Shown one piece after another: positions 1 through 13,582 of a DNA stretch of 64,000 nucleotides (positions within the stretch are counted from its first letter, which is position 1; every line of letters starts with the position of its first letter). A program made the translations under genes and the position numbers. This DNA is from Lepidodermella squamata (lineage: Eukaryota; Animalia; Gastrotricha), in NCBI GenBank assembly GCA_047495785.1, contig JBLDXI010000060.1, forward strand, positions 372,001 through 436,000, read 5' to 3'. The notes under the pieces are model-generated. The model did no database searches. It worked only from the letters and a program-made list of their open reading frames with translations, and was not told the origin of the DNA.

Positions 1-2
1 TA

Positions 3-483
3 GAACATGCTAAATCTACGCTCATCTTTTCGCCAGCTAAGCAGCCTCGCAAGAAGGTGAAATCAGAAGAATCACTTTTAGCAGTAACTACGACAGCGGC
101 TAAGCCGACGATTGTGGATTATCAGGACTTGCGCGATGATCAATCTCTTTCGCAAGGAATAGGTGAGGCATTGTAAAATTTAAATTGCGAAGTTGAACGA
201 TGTTTTATTCGTAGTAAATTACGTTAATACACTGCTAGTTCACAAAGATAACGAACGCCTTGAAGGCATAATGATGAAAATTGAGCTGGAACGAAAAAAT
301 CGACGTTTTCGTGGCTGCATGAAAGTTTTGCAATCTCGGTCGCTGTGCGGCAACAAATCAGGTGGATTCTACCTTTGGGAAAAGCAGGTGGCTAGACGAA
401 TTCTGAATGGCAATGGGCGGGAGAGCGAACCGCAAATCAGCCTCGTTGAATCTCACTATTCAAAACGGGATGCTAAGCAGTGA
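3..483 (+). CDS. 3' part of an unknown host gene (exons 3-162 and 215-483)
   Basis: Open frame from 3 to a GTGAG donor at 163; acceptor TTCGTAG at 214 joins in frame to the ORF ending at 483; AATAAA follows. No recognisable domain. Confidence 0.5.
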
Positions 484-681
484 ATATCATTCTATAATTT
501 CCCAATGAATATTTTTCTTGAAATAAATAGCAGAGAGCTAGGGCTTCAATCCGCGCGTTCGAATTGATGTTCAAATTCCTACTTCAAAATCGAAAAAACA
601 ACAACGAGACAATTTAAAATATCGGAATTTTTATTCGAAAAAGAACTGATTGCAACTCAATTTTTGGAATAGACAAATCAA

Positions 682-1320
682 TCACTGTAATTTCGAAAAC
701 TCAAGCGTGAAAGCCGAAGTCTCCGGATACAAAAGATTAGTTAGAATTTTCGAGGGAGTAATGGATGCATTGACGGCGCATTTTTGAATAAAATTCGTCA
801 AAAGCGAGGCGACGCCAGTATCTTGAAATCTTGGTTCGATTATCACGGTGGCCGAACAAACATTTCCGTCGCGCTTATTCGCGTTAGATTCGCGGTAAGG
901 CTCAACCTTGGCAGCTGCGATGAAGCTGCGATTGCCATTCGGAGCTAAGGTGCTGACGACGAATTGATAACTATTCGGAGACATGAAGTAGCGGCGAAAT
1001 TCGACACTTGAGAGCGGCTGGTCGTGAAGCAGCCAAGTTTGTTTTACAATTGCCTCATTCATCAGCTTGTTGGCCATTGCCACATCTTCAGGCTTATCGA
1101 GGCGGTCGACAACAATGTGCGAGCCATTTTCAAGGTCGCCGTAGTAAGGCACCAGACGTGCTGATGATATGTGTAGAGCCGAACTCGACTTACCACGCGG
1201 GGGCTCAATGACTCGCGACAGCCGGCTTTGAATAGCATTCAGATAACACGATGTTGCCAAGAACACTCGTTGTTGCATAGATCCAGAGGTGACGAAGCGT
1301 AAAGTGCATGAGCGTATCAT
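682..1320 (-). CDS. GNAT-fold acetyltransferase-like protein (Mpr1/azetidine-2-carboxylate acetyltransferase-like, divergent)
   Basis: Motif order NEAI..QTW..DQPLS..EFRRYFMS...FVV...VEPY...NVCSATVIIEPRFQDTGVASLL resembles Mpr1-type GNATs, including the V.P..R/Q..G.A acetyl-CoA loop. N-terminus is R/S-rich and transit-peptide-like. Confidence 0.6.
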   Translation of the reverse strand: MIRSCTLRFVTSGSMQQRVFLATSCYLNAIQSRLSRVIEPPRGKSSSALHISSARLVPYYGDLENGSHIVVDRLDKPEDVAMANKLMNEAIVKQTWLLHDQPLSSVEFRRYFMSPNSYQFVVSTLAPNGNRSFIAAAKVEPYRESNANKRDGNVCSATVIIEPRFQDTGVASLLTNFIQKCAVNASITPSKILTNLLYPETSAFTLEFSKLQ

Positions 1321-3347
1321 TTCCGAGAGGTATTGTCAATGTTCTTGATAGTGATGCAAATGAAATTGCTGATGTACGGAGAAATTGCTCAGATTAATGT
1401 AAAACAAATCGGTCAGTTTAAATGCAATTGACATTAGAATTTGTCGTAAAAGCTGCCAAAAACCAAATGATGTTGATAAACAATAAAAGCAATTCAAGTG
1501 GACTATGGACGGTGTAGAAATAATCCAGTGACACTAAGCACGCGCTACGATGGCTTGGTCATTAATAATTGTAAACAGACCGGCCAAAAAAAGACTGAAC
1601 TCTGACCTTTGCACTGCGTGACCGCTGAGCTTATCGCTGCAAAACAGGCGAATGAATTTTGATAAAAAAAATGCATGGTCTCATCTGGTATTTACTTGCA
1701 CTCATGAGTGCAAATGATTCGCAGAATCAGCTTAAAATGGCTATTTCTAGGCCATTAATAAATTTATTTATTCAAGCAATCAATATGCGCCCGGAAACTA
1801 TGATAGTGAATAATAAAAATGATTTTATTTCCAACGCCTGCGAAATTTGCAAATTAAATTTGACTATTATCTTTTAAAAATAATTGTTTTTACTAGGTAA
1901 GTATATTTCATAGCAATTTCAGGAAATAATTTACTATTCAGTTTTCCGCCGCGGGATAACACAGGAGCAATAAATTAGGTGTATAATAGAAGATATCGGT
2001 GCGCGAGACAAAAATAGAGAAAGGGAATTCGAAAATTGTAACAAATTCAAGCATTTTATAAAATCAAAGTTTGATACTACGCCATTCTAAGCTTAGAAAG
2101 GCAAAGGATATACCGAGTAATACCGAGTTCCGGCTCGGAATAACTGAAACCGAAACCTCAGCTATAGTTAAGTAGTGACCCCACCTGTAAAGCTTGAAGA
2201 GCTCGCGAGATCACACATTTTTTTGCAAACAGCTAACGACACGTGAGCAATGAGCATTTCGTAGTAGTGAAAAATATATTTATTTTGCCACGCGGTGTTT
2301 ACTTGTATTTTACGCACTCAAAACATGGAATATAAGGCCGGCGCAATTTTACTATCAACATGCACCGGTGGAATAAAAGTACTACAAGCACGCGTAGCGG
2401 GGGAAAAACTACATCAATAGCAAAAAAACTCGCGAAAAAAACCGCTTTATCTATTCTGTTTTTTTCATACTAGCAACTTATGATCGCTTGACCGAAACAT
2501 GGCACAGGGCATACATCATTAGTTAGTTTTAATATCTTGCTAACGATTATTAGCAATGAGGTTAATCGGTTTAATCAAAGAAAATAAAATGAAAATAAGC
2601 AGATCATCCTAATTCCATTTCTTTGACCTGATGTCAAGCCAGAATTCGATTTGCAGCAGTGTGTCCTGTTTCCAGTTTCATCATCAATGCGCGATCAGCC
2701 GAAGATGAACGTGATATAGCGAACGGGATTAAATATCAGCTACAACTTGAGCTTGATCCGAAGTGCTACTAAATAGGTGTTAGATATATGGATTTAAAAC
2801 AGTTGAGCAGGTAGTGCAGCTTCGTGGGAAAATTTGGCGTAAAAAATATCACTGCGGTAGCGTTGAAATATGCTTCCTCGCAGCGTAATTTTGACGATTT
2901 GAGGATATGAACACCTCTGAGAGAGAATTAGAAGGATTTTACGTCGATGGTCAGCTCAGACAGCCTTCAAGACAGTTTAGCCACCGTTGAGATTAAGGAG
3001 CCTTCACGAGCTGGTGACGTTTTCAACAACAAGGTAGTTGAAAGTTTTGTCAACAGCTTGGCAAGCTGTTGCACTCAACGCCCCTTCAGTCTCTCACATA
3101 CTAAGATGCAGAAAGATGCTCCGGTACAGCTCTGACGAACGATAGTACGTAAGCACGCCCGCGTTAAATGATTTAACAATTATTTCACTACTACGAGAGG
3201 AGGCAGGCAAAAAATCTGACTATTCTTTTCACCGCTATTTAATGTTATCTTACAGAGCATACTGAACAACTTGCCTTAATTTTCAAAACCTCATAAGCTC
3301 GAAGAATCTTCTACGTGCAAAGATACTGATAGCCGGATCGACCAGCA

Positions 3348-4101
3348 ATGCTGCTGCTAATTATCACTATTCTCGGTACATCTGCAGTCATAAATGCACA
3401 ACAGGTAAACAACACAAACTAAATACAGTCCCGTGCTAAAGTACAGTCCATTGATATTATCTCAGGGCGACCAAGGCCTGGTCGATGCTGTTACCAACAG
3501 TCGAGTTGGAGATATTCGCTCCAGTCTCGATGGCGGGGCTAATGTCAACGCTCGTCTGCCAGGCAACAATGTTTGCGGTGGTTGGTATATGCCGGGCGCA
3601 TCCGCTTTGATGATCGCTACTTCTTGCAATGCCAGCATCGAAGCTGTTCGACTGCTCCTCGATCGTGGGGCTCAAATGAACTATACGTCACTTTACGACT
3701 GCACCGCTTGCATGTTTGCAACGGCTAACAACAATGGCCGTGTATTGTCTCTACTTCTTGACCGCGGGGCGCCTCTAAACGCGGCTTACACATCGCTGAT
3801 GACGGCGGCTGATCTGGGATTGAACGACATGGTGACATTGTTGCTGGATCGCGGTTTGAATGTCAATGGACGTGACAACAGCGACCGCACGCCTTTGCAT
3901 TACGCGGCGAAACGAGGACGTACTGACACTTGTCGATTGTTGTTGGAACGAGGAGCTGATATTAATGCAGTAACGATATGGGCTATGACTCCGCTGTCTT
4001 GGGCCGCTTACAATGAAAAGCAGGAAACGTTCCGTTTCCTACTAGGCAAGGGAGCGAGCAAGCGGTTTTGCGTCTATCCTATGTGCAATAGCGTTGCATA
4101 G
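3348..4101 (+). CDS. Ankyrin-repeat protein with N-terminal signal peptide (exons 3348-3404, 3466-4101)
   Basis: About 6 ankyrin repeats (SALMIA, TACMFA, TSLMTAA, RTPLHYAA, MTPLSWAA; LLDRGA). Exon 1 MLLLIITILGTSAVINAQQ splices GT(3405)-AG(3465) in frame. Confidence 0.85.
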
Positions 4102-4331
4102 GCTTTCACCATATCGAATTTTATTCATAATTTTGTACTTGTTACCATCCTATTTTTAAACATGAATTAACCTATTTTTTTGCTAAGCTATCTGGTATTA
4201 TCTCGAAGTCTCTCTTTTGAACCGGTCGTTGAAAAGAATAAATAGAAGTTTACATGCTGAATAACGCGTGATAGAGGCAATCATTTTCGCACAGCGTCTT
4301 CTCGTCATGTTTTTCACGTCGACATACTGCG

Positions 4332-5190
4332 ATGGGGAAAGCTTCTGAACCAAGCATCGCGGCCGAAGATGAGTCGTCAAATCAGCCTTGCCATTGCATA
4401 CCGATTTTCAGGAATTTATACGAAGGTCCGCAGATACAGATAAATGCGTTTAGGTCATTCCTGGGTAATCATGTTTACTAGGTATTCATTCTTATTTTCA
4501 AATTGCCTTTAATCTTCTAGTATATTCTGCATATCACTTCTACAGCTTGTTTTCAGCAATAGCCTGTTTCGCTGCATGCTCATGCTTTGCCAACGGAACC
4601 ATCGTCTTCATTATTGCGTTTTGCAAACTGTGGATCTTGATTCCGCTGTTTTATTATGTGAGATTCCGCCACATGCGTCGAGCTTTAGCTGATCACAATC
4701 GAACTGATTTCCTTATATACGTTGTATCCTCGGCTCTATCTATTGTTCTGCTGATAGTTGATGGGCTTGGAATTCCCAGATATTCCCCGTAAGTTCCGAC
4801 ATATTTCATTTTTTGTATCAAATTAGATGTCCTTCATTCAGGGGATTGATCAATGGTGTAGAATTCATCACAATAGGCAGCGAAAATGTGGCAAGTTATT
4901 TAGTGGCTGGCGTGATGATGATTTTAGCTGGCCTTTTTGCGTTTGGCGAGGCTGCATTTGAAATGTTTTTATTAATCAAAATGAATACATTGAACTCGGA
5001 TTCGGTTATGGAACGCGGACCATTGGCAAAATCTTCTCGGCCTGTTTCAGCTAATGGAGTCAATATCTCTTTGAACAACAATAGAGCTGAACCATCCATG
5101 GGTGACATTGAGCAACCTGTCTACGCTGGAAGGAAGAAAATGAGAAAGAAACGACGTGGCGAAGTCACTCCGGCGGCCGATGAAGTCTGA
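4332..5190 (+). CDS. SCAMP-like four-TM membrane protein (exons 4332-4464, 4521-4788, 4842-5190)
   Basis: In-frame GT-AG introns of 56 and 53 nt. Hydrophobic segments with LWILIPLFYYVRFRHMRRAL and GLGIPRYSPGLINGV match the SCAMP E-peptide/TM layout. Confidence 0.6.
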
Positions 5191-5687
5191 GACTACAATT
5201 TTTTCGCTCTCTACGCTTTGCGAATTTAATAAAATAGGAAGAGGAAATGTCACGTAGTCAGAAGGGAATGGTTAAACGCTGTTCAGGAAAGTCATTAATT
5301 CTTCCTGTTTCTCCTGCTTCTTCAAGAGCGGAAGGAGCGGAAATGAGCACTGCCAAAAATTGAAGAGTGTGTATGTGCTAGCATTAGAGGTCGGCTGATC
5401 GATTTTCCATTCACAACCCAGGTCCTAAAAGTTATTCTCTGGAATGAACGATAAGCGCCGTTGCCGAGCTCTCAGCAAAACAAACAGATAAAAAGCCTCC
5501 ACTCAATTTCAACTACCTATCTCTGTTCCTAGTTTCTATTGAGCCTGAAGATTTTTTCTCACGCTTTTTTGCCTGGTATTTGGCAGCCAGTTCTTTACAT
5601 AAGGTAGCAGCGACAAGTTGCTTTGGAGCCAAGAAACATCAAAACTTGAATCGTCATCTTAACTTACAGATTAGTGCACTTGGATCA

Positions 5688-6319
5688 ATGTCATTCCGTT
5701 ACTATCGCAAGGTGCCGCCACCTGAATATGGAACTTCTTCTAAGCTCGTTCATCCTCGGCTGTCTCTCGATTTAACCAGCGAGTACGCTCGAGCATCAGC
5801 CTATTTGTATGCGCGAAGTTCTACAGTTCACGCGTACCCTGGCTTGCCAAGAAACTACGTTCTGGAGACCTCGCAAACAACCGTTTCTGACCCATCTTCG
5901 CCCATCTCGTCCCCTTGCAGTGATTCGACAAAGGATTCAACTGAGGGTAAAATACGGAATCTTTCTTCATAATATCCTAATTTCTGTTTACAGTGACTTC
6001 GTCTTCTTACCAACGAGCGACCGGTCCGAACTCATCATCACTTAAAAAGGTGGATTCGCGGAGAGCATCTCTCGGAATGAAACGCAGTGTGACCTTTGGC
6101 GATGTATCAGTTTGTGAGGTTGAACGATATCAACAGCCATCGAGTCCAACAATGCCTATTCGATCGCAATATCCGCAACCTGTCAACTACAGCTTTGAAT
6201 CTCTTTCAAGGCAAAATGGTCTGCCGAGAGCTGGTCAGACTAGGCACGTGAGAATACCGCCAGCGAGTCATTCCATAATGAATACTATCCATCATCTCCC
6301 GGTTCAGTGGCGGCCATAG
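5688..6319 (+). CDS. Unknown S/P-rich protein with RVxF-type (KRSVTF) PP1-docking motif (exons 5688-5946, 5994-6319)
   Basis: A 47-nt GT-AG intron joins two ORFs in frame; KRSVTFGDVSVCEV motif; AATAAA downstream. Confidence 0.5.
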
Positions 6320-6495
6320 TTTATAGTTTTACTGCTACACATTTTTCTTACAAATAAAATGGGAATACAGCTTTAAAACGATCGTTCTCTTCTAAAAGTC
6401 GGATTAATGTAATCGCGTGACGCTTTTTATTGAGAATTTCTTTGATCAATTAAATAAAATGTTCCATTAATTATAAGAAATATAGTAATTGGCAT

Positions 6496-7104
6496 TTAGC
6501 ATTTGGGCGGTCCATCCGGATTAAGGATCGGTGCTGCGATAGAAAGCGTAGATGCGTAAGTGACCCATATCAAGTATGGAATTTGAAGACAGGCCGCAAC
6601 GGGGTGAACGCGCCAGAATGCAAAAATCATTAAAATAATGACCACCCATAGGAACATGATTTCAACAGCGGCGAGAACAAATTGGCCGTACGCATTGAAA
6701 ATGGGCGGCCAAATGCCGACTAGGCATAAGTTCAGAACATATGCCATCAGAGCGATTGCTGTACGTCTCGCGAACGACTCATTCGACGTTCCCCCACGGC
6801 GGACAAAGAAGAACAAAATTAGGAAGGAAGAAACGCCCATGAGAATGTAAAAGATGGTCCACATTATAGGAAATAGCCAGTTTGGTGGAGTCCAGCTAAA
6901 CGGCAAATAAATGAATCGCCAGTTTTTGATGAGTTAACTTTGTTGAAAGTGACATTACCTAGCCGTTTTGTAAGTATCTAGGCCATACCAACATGGAAAC
7001 GTCGATCCCCCCATGAAACTGATGCAAAGAGGCAGGCCGACACATTCTATGAATACTACTACCGTGATGACAATCTGAACGATTCTGTCGTTGTCAAGAG
7101 CCAT
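6496..7104 (-). CDS. TSPO: TspO/MBR family translocator protein (exons 7104-6959, 6895-6496)
   Basis: WY....K.ASWTPPNWLFPIMWTIFYILMG and ACLQIPYLIWVTYA signatures; in-frame GT-AG intron. Confidence 0.9.
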
Positions 7105-8071
7105 GATGAGTTTGTCGTTAAAATTTATTATTGGTGAAAATAATGCTGTGCAATCCTTAGCATGGTATTTATACGCAATCTTAGCACCTAATTTTCAAGG
7201 ACATGTGCCAGGAAACAAGGCCAAGTCACCGGGCGGTTGATACGCAGCGTAGGACTTGCTGATAATATGCGCTATTCAGAAATGAGATTAAAAATTGGGT
7301 AGTTTTTGGCGCTTTCTCTGCTTTCTTATCAAGACAGCCCTTCGCTTTCATGGCCGATGGCCGCTCTCCTCCTACTGCGAATACCCACAGCCCTGCCAGA
7401 ACATTGACCGTTCATCTGTAGCAGTCCTAACGCTGCTACATGCCTTTTCAAACTTTCAATCAGCAATATAATCTTAAATGTTAAACTGCATGATGATCCG
7501 AAATTGAGTTGACCACAATTTTTCTAACAGAAGAACCTTACGATTAGAGATAACTTCGGTTGCACTTTGGAAATGAAAATCAACCGACTAAATTTCAGCC
7601 GAAACATTCTTTACTGAGCGTGGTTTGATTGTTGAGGTTTTCGTCATGGATTCACATTGCCAATTTCTTCTGCGAATTCGTGAAACTTCTCGAATTACCG
7701 CATTCTTCTATGTTTGACATCGTCGTTTCAACGATAAATGAATCTTGTAAAATGGTTTGTCAAGCTAAAATAATTAAAATACCCGTGTGTATGGGCAAAC
7801 TGTATTATCAAAAAACGGCGTTACTCTTTGCAAAATTGATAAACGATTGTGATGATCGCTATCGAAGAAATGCTGCTATATGAACCATTCGTGAACTCGT
7901 TAGGCTCTGAAAAAAGCCAATTATAACAAAGAACAAAAAGCCTTGATTGTTGAGATCTATTTAGTCAAAGCTTTATTTGAAGAAGAAAAGATGTTCCGTC
8001 ATACTTTTGAACATGCCAGTTAGGCATCTTTATGCACAATTATAGCAACTTGAATATTTGATTCCGAGTTA

Positions 8072-9820
8072 TTACAAGGGCGACGTTTTAGATACACCAG
8101 ATCTTTGTAATCCGATGTCTGTCACCGATGAATCGATTGATCGTCGATTGGGAACGCGCGACTCCGCAGCGGTTGATGGTGTTGCAGTGGCGACAGATGT
8201 CCTGGAGGTTTTCAAAGGAACGCTTTGAGAGCTCTCGGATTTATCTGTCACACTGAGCTTCCCGAATGGAACTTCGGACCTGTTCCCATTTGTGAGGGCT
8301 TCTGTTTTAGCTTCGTTCTCTCGAATTTCGCTGAAACGTTTTTCTATCAAACCCCGTCTGAAATGAGAATACATTTTTATGAAAAACCATCAGTGATTTT
8401 AGAATCACTTTGAGGGCAGTCCTCCGCCAGGTGGAAGTCCGGGAATCTCTTGTTTTCCTAGTATATTCATCAAAACATTAACGTCTGGGATCTCTGTGGC
8501 GGAATTCGGTGCAGTCAGCAATTCGTCAATTCGTTTTTCCAACATGGAATTAAGCCGCTTATCTTGTTTTGCCAATTGGTCATCATAAATCAGTGCGTTT
8601 TTGCCGTTGAAAGCGACAATTATCGCAGTTAGGTTATCGCGGCTACCCTGAAAGCGCATGATTATTAGTTACAGACTGTAAAAAAACTGCTTACTTTATA
8701 AAGGCAGGTATCTATGAGTTGATTGCAAACTTCTTGAAGGGAATGGCAGCATTTGATGCGATTTTTGACAAACTCGGCAACTTCTTCATTGCTCATCATG
8801 TCCCAAATACCGTCGCAGGCCAGAATAAGCAATTGCTCATTCCCAGATAGCGAGTGCACCTTCACATCTGGAACGCAAGTAACAGGCTGTACGTCTGGCT
8901 CGACATTCTCATTCCACTTGTACTCAAAGTCTCCAAGAGCTCGCGAGACCGCCAGAATACCGTTAACTCGCCGATTTACAACTATGCCACCTGCAGCAGT
9001 GATACGCTGTTTTTCACTAGCAATTTCTGGTTTGTGATCTGAAGTCTGAAAAACGCAATGGGACTTGTTATTAAAACATGTAAATTATAGACAACACTTA
9101 CTGCGAATAGAACGCCTTCAGTGCCGACTAATATCGCTCTTGAATCGCCGCAGTGAGCAATATACACTTTGTCCTTCGTGATGAGAGAACAAACGGCGGT
9201 ACACCCACTGTTGCTTTCAGCCTGTTTCAGCAGTTTTTCTAGCAACGCATCTGCATTTATAAATCCCTGCCGCATCGCACTAGCCAAGTCAGGCGAGCTA
9301 ACCAGGTGCGAATGAAGAATAATCTTGCACAATTAAGTTTCAAAATATTGAAATGAAATATTCACCTGGCAAGTTTCGTGGCCTCTTGCCTACTAGGTAA
9401 TATAGCTGTTGCTGATTGATCTATATCAGTCGACTTTCTGGGCGAAGTGCATGCGACAATTTCCTCCAATAGGTGATCAGAGGCCATTTCAGCACATCGC
9501 CCTCCTGCATGGCCATCAAACACACCGAAAAATGCAGCATCGGCAACGGTTGGTTGTTTAAGACGATTAACCACCTTAAACCGATCCTCGTTGTACTTGG
9601 GCCAACCTTGCATTGAACTCATCGCCCATCTGAACGCAGATCGGTTATTTTCTGCCGTGAATTTTTCCATGGTAGGTTTAACTTGTGAATTGCCCATGTC
9701 GAAGCTTCTCCTGCAATCGCCTTTGGATTTCTTTGATACCTTCAACGCCTTCGCGGGTTTGTGTTGTGAATTAGATGCAACTGTCGAGGCTAGCACACCG
9801 AAAATGTGGCGAGAAAGCAT
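8072..9820 (-). CDS. Protein phosphatase 2C (PPM1A/B-like), about 5 exons
   Basis: Motifs SSMQGW..NED, FFGVFDGHAG, SGCTAV, AHCGDSRA, LAVSRALGD, LILACDGIWD, GSRDNLT and the PP2C_C tail LPPGGGL. The start may be Met at 9697 (MGNSQVKP). Confidence 0.92.
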
Positions 9821-10614
9821 CCGCTTTCAGTGGAATAAAACGGTCTCTCCTCCGTTTTCACCTTCATTTGCCTTTATCTGCAACGCAAGTGCTGCGATAA
9901 AGACTCAGGCTCGCCCCGATGTTATCTTTTCACCACTGCCACTTTACCCCCAGGCAGGGTTATAGAAATAGAAAAATAAGAGAAGTAGCGATGTGAAAAT
10001 GCGTAAATAACGCGTTCTCATAATCACGACATCAGTAGAGAATTCGGATTTAGTGGAACAAGTTTTGAAAATGACTAATCAATCAATATTTAATTGCCGT
10101 TTTGTCACCTTTCGATATGTCAGTACCGGAACTGGCACTCATCGGCTTATTTCTCGCAGGCCGTCAATCAATTGATAAGAAAATACCTGTGAAATGTTTT
10201 GTCTGAAGTGTAACCTCTTCACCGTCCAAGATCAATACAAACGTAAAATGCAAATTTTAGCGGCTTAAGCCGCGTGATGATGTAATATTGCCACGATACC
10301 ATGAATAATGAATGAAACAGCGCGTATAGGTGCAGAATTGCATATTGGCGAGTATAGTAGAATAAAAAAGTAGTAAGCTTGAATCAGCTTTTTCCCAAGT
10401 CCAACTCACGTAATCTACTGACGTAATCTACGAGCTTTTACCCACTCGAAAAAAATGTCACGCTAAATTATATGTGTAGTGCTTATATTCCATTCATTAT
10501 TGATGGAAGTTTGCAATTATTGCAATGAAAAACGCTTCATCTCCAGCCACTATTCATCAGGAAACTTTTTCTCTCACCTATTTTCTAGCTAAATATTCTT
10601 TGAGGCAGATAAGG

Positions 10615-12853
10615 ATGAACAGTCCAAGCTCGGAGGAAAACGAAGAAGATCAGCGGCCATCTATTTCTGCGTATGATAATTTCATAAAAATGCGCAAGCC
10701 ATGGTCAGCTCATCGAACGATTGCCACCAGTAAACCATGCAAACTCAAGCGGGAAATAGTTGTTAAAAGTGCCTTGTGCTTCATACCTCCGCCAGAAATA
10801 TGGCAGCCCATCCAAGTTGATAAAGTTATTTTCTTGAATGCTAATATTTCCTTAATTGTTTACAGGAAATCCGAGAAAAGCATGACAAGGCATTTCAGCG
10901 ATGGATGCCTCACGTAAACATCCTGTTCCCGTTTTATGAAGAATCACATTTTGATGTCAGCATTATCTAGAATTAACTGTGCACTCACTTGTATATATTT
11001 GATTATAAAAGGATGTTGCTTCTGAAATTTCCGAGGCGATTAAGGGCATCAAGCCGTTCACCGTAGAATTCAATTCCTTCGACTTTTTCACGCATGGCAA
11101 GTCGAGTACCTTGTGGCTTAAACCCGCCTGCAGGAATAACGCAATATGGGATGAATTGTTTCGCGCTATCTCATCTTTATATCCCGAATGCGTCCAGGTA
11201 GTTATTGCTACTATAATTCCGTTACTTTGAGTGGCTGTCATGTCAATTATTTCATGATAAGATATAATCCTACAGTGAAAATCAAAAGTTACGCACGGTC
11301 AGGAATTTTTTGAGTTGAAACTAAAAATATCTCACACGCGCCCGTACTATTTTTAGCTCCAAGCTTGGGTTGAACTCAGCTAAAAATGAAAAGTGTAACT
11401 CGGACAGACCAAAAAGTTTTAATAGTTTTAAAAATATGAATATTCATAAGGTGCTAATTAATATTCCGAAGCCTTCGAAGTTGATAATTATGTCAGAAAA
11501 ATTATGGAACAATTATTTTTAATTTGTTATAACCTTACTCTGAGTGCTCAAATTTTTCTGCAATTTTTGGCACTTAACTAAGAATGTCCTAGTTTCATGA
11601 CATCTCATGAATATATTTGTCGTATCGTATAAGGCAATTTCTTCCAATAGCCGATTGAGATATCTCAATGAGCAATCCGAATTGTTGCCAACGTCATTTT
11701 CATTTATTTTAATCAGTTTTTAAAATTTGAAAACCAAGCAAGATTACAGAATAGCCCTTCGCCTATCCAGCAGAACCCACTTTCCCTAATACTTTGTTCC
11801 GTATCTGCGTGTTTTATGAGTTTTTAAAAAGCCAGCGTATTTTCACAGTAACTGTCTTCTGGCCTTGTGGGTCCATTTAAACTCTTTATTAATCAATCAG
11901 CAGTCCAATCGATGGGGCTATTCGGGCTCTTTAATATGTGATAGATTATAATTCAATAACCTGAAGGCTGATGAAAACAACACGCAAAAAGCAATTTTCG
12001 GATTGCTCATTGAGATATCTCCATCGGCCATTGGAGGGATTGCCTTATACGATACGACATATTCATATTATTGAAACTATCCCCCCTTTCCTTGGAGCTA
12101 TTTTTGGTGATCGTAAAAAAGGCGTCATTTTGGTCCGTTTTGCTGGGATAAACAGCCTCATTTCGCACGTGCCAAACATTTCAACTTGCATCGCCTCAAT
12201 TCCACCGTGCGGATCTTTTGGTTGTCACTGTATAATCATTCACCAGAAACAATTACCTTCATTCATCTACCGAAAGCATGAATTTTGTTTCGGTACTGAA
12301 TTCATGCTTCAGGTAGATACATTTCTGCATTTCGTTAATGAATTAGGGTGATTTTGGGCATGGATTCCGATAAATGTTGAATATCAGTGAATTAGGATAC
12401 CCAAAAGGCCTTAATCTAGGTGATTTCACGAGATAAAAGTAACACCAAATAGGGTGATTTTTTCTAGTGTCAGAATAATATATTTCTGGCTCATCGTACG
12501 TACCGTTGGTTTTAAAATGGCAGCCAATTAGCTAATATAAAACTAGTCCAAAACGTTACTATAGCCACGCTTTTGATACAAAATATAATACCTTAATATT
12601 ATTATTTTTATCGTTAAATTTGGTGATATTTCTGGATATTTTACCTTTACGCTTTCAGAAGAAAAGCGGGAATTCCGCTGAATTCACTCCGCATCTCACT
12701 GTTGGGCAGTGGAGTAACAATGAGATTCATCAAGTTTGCAAGAAATTCAACGAGAATTGGCGGAAATTGACGACAAAAGTGAACTGCTTATCTTTAATCA
12801 GCCGTAAAGGTTTTGATGAACCGTTCGATGTTCGAACAACCGTTATGCTTTAG
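10615..12853 (+). CDS. 2H phosphoesterase (LENG9/2'-5' RNA ligase-like); exons 10615-10815, 10866-10955, 11012-11197, 12659-12853
   Basis: KSALCFIPP..W.PIQEIR..HDK.F.RWMPHVNILFPF and FTPHLTVGQ (two HxT/N motifs); all introns GT-AG and in frame. Confidence 0.82.
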
Positions 12854-13582
12854 TTTTCGTGCTAAAAATCCTGTGATACCGCTTCTAATGACTAATATCT
12901 CGATTTACTGCCGCTATTTTAGCGCAATACATTGAAAATGATAGTCGTGCATAAATAAACTGCCGCGATCTTACATATCGTTATTTATATGATTCGTGTT
13001 TTAATTGATCGACTTGAAAGCCAAGTATTATCATCCGTGTACACGGCCGACTAGGTTTCCCAGCTTGCTTGAAGATACAAGGGAAAAGTTTTGATAAGAA
13101 TATATCTAAGACGAATAAAACATCCCAGCCGCTACTCTAAATATTAGCAAGGCATAAATTTCACATTCAAAATTCTATAATTTCCCATTCTCGTTTGCCA
13201 GCAAGTACAGCTGCTAGGAATAAATCCCAAGATGAAAGTAGTACAGGTACAGTACAAAGTCGCGAAAAATGTCTTCTGAAAAATCTCCTTTTATTCTCTC
13301 CTCGAAAAAAAACACCAAGTCACATCGTCGTCAGGAACACACCGGTAATTTAGTAATAGTTCAATCACAATGGATATCTGAAAATCGACCGTCAAGTAGC
13401 TTAAAGCATTATTGCCTGGTCGAATGGTCCTGCAATTAGTAATATTATTTGAAGAAACATTCAAATATCTGTACAACGGGAATTAATGCAATCAACACCG
13501 GTCAATCGAATCTCTTGTAGCAGATTTTGATTTAAGAATATAGGCCATTATGTAAGGGTGGAAGTGGAAGATGAAAATGCTG

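Noticed and set aside
2700-3135. Coding-like stretch upstream of the ankyrin gene
   Set aside because: Multiple stops, no consistent splice model and no recognisable motif.
11270-12470. Transposon inside the long intron of the 2H phosphoesterase gene
   Set aside because: Single TA-CAGTG and CTAGTG-like ends are visible, but no matching TIR pair or TSD; ORF 11971-12351 looks non-coding.
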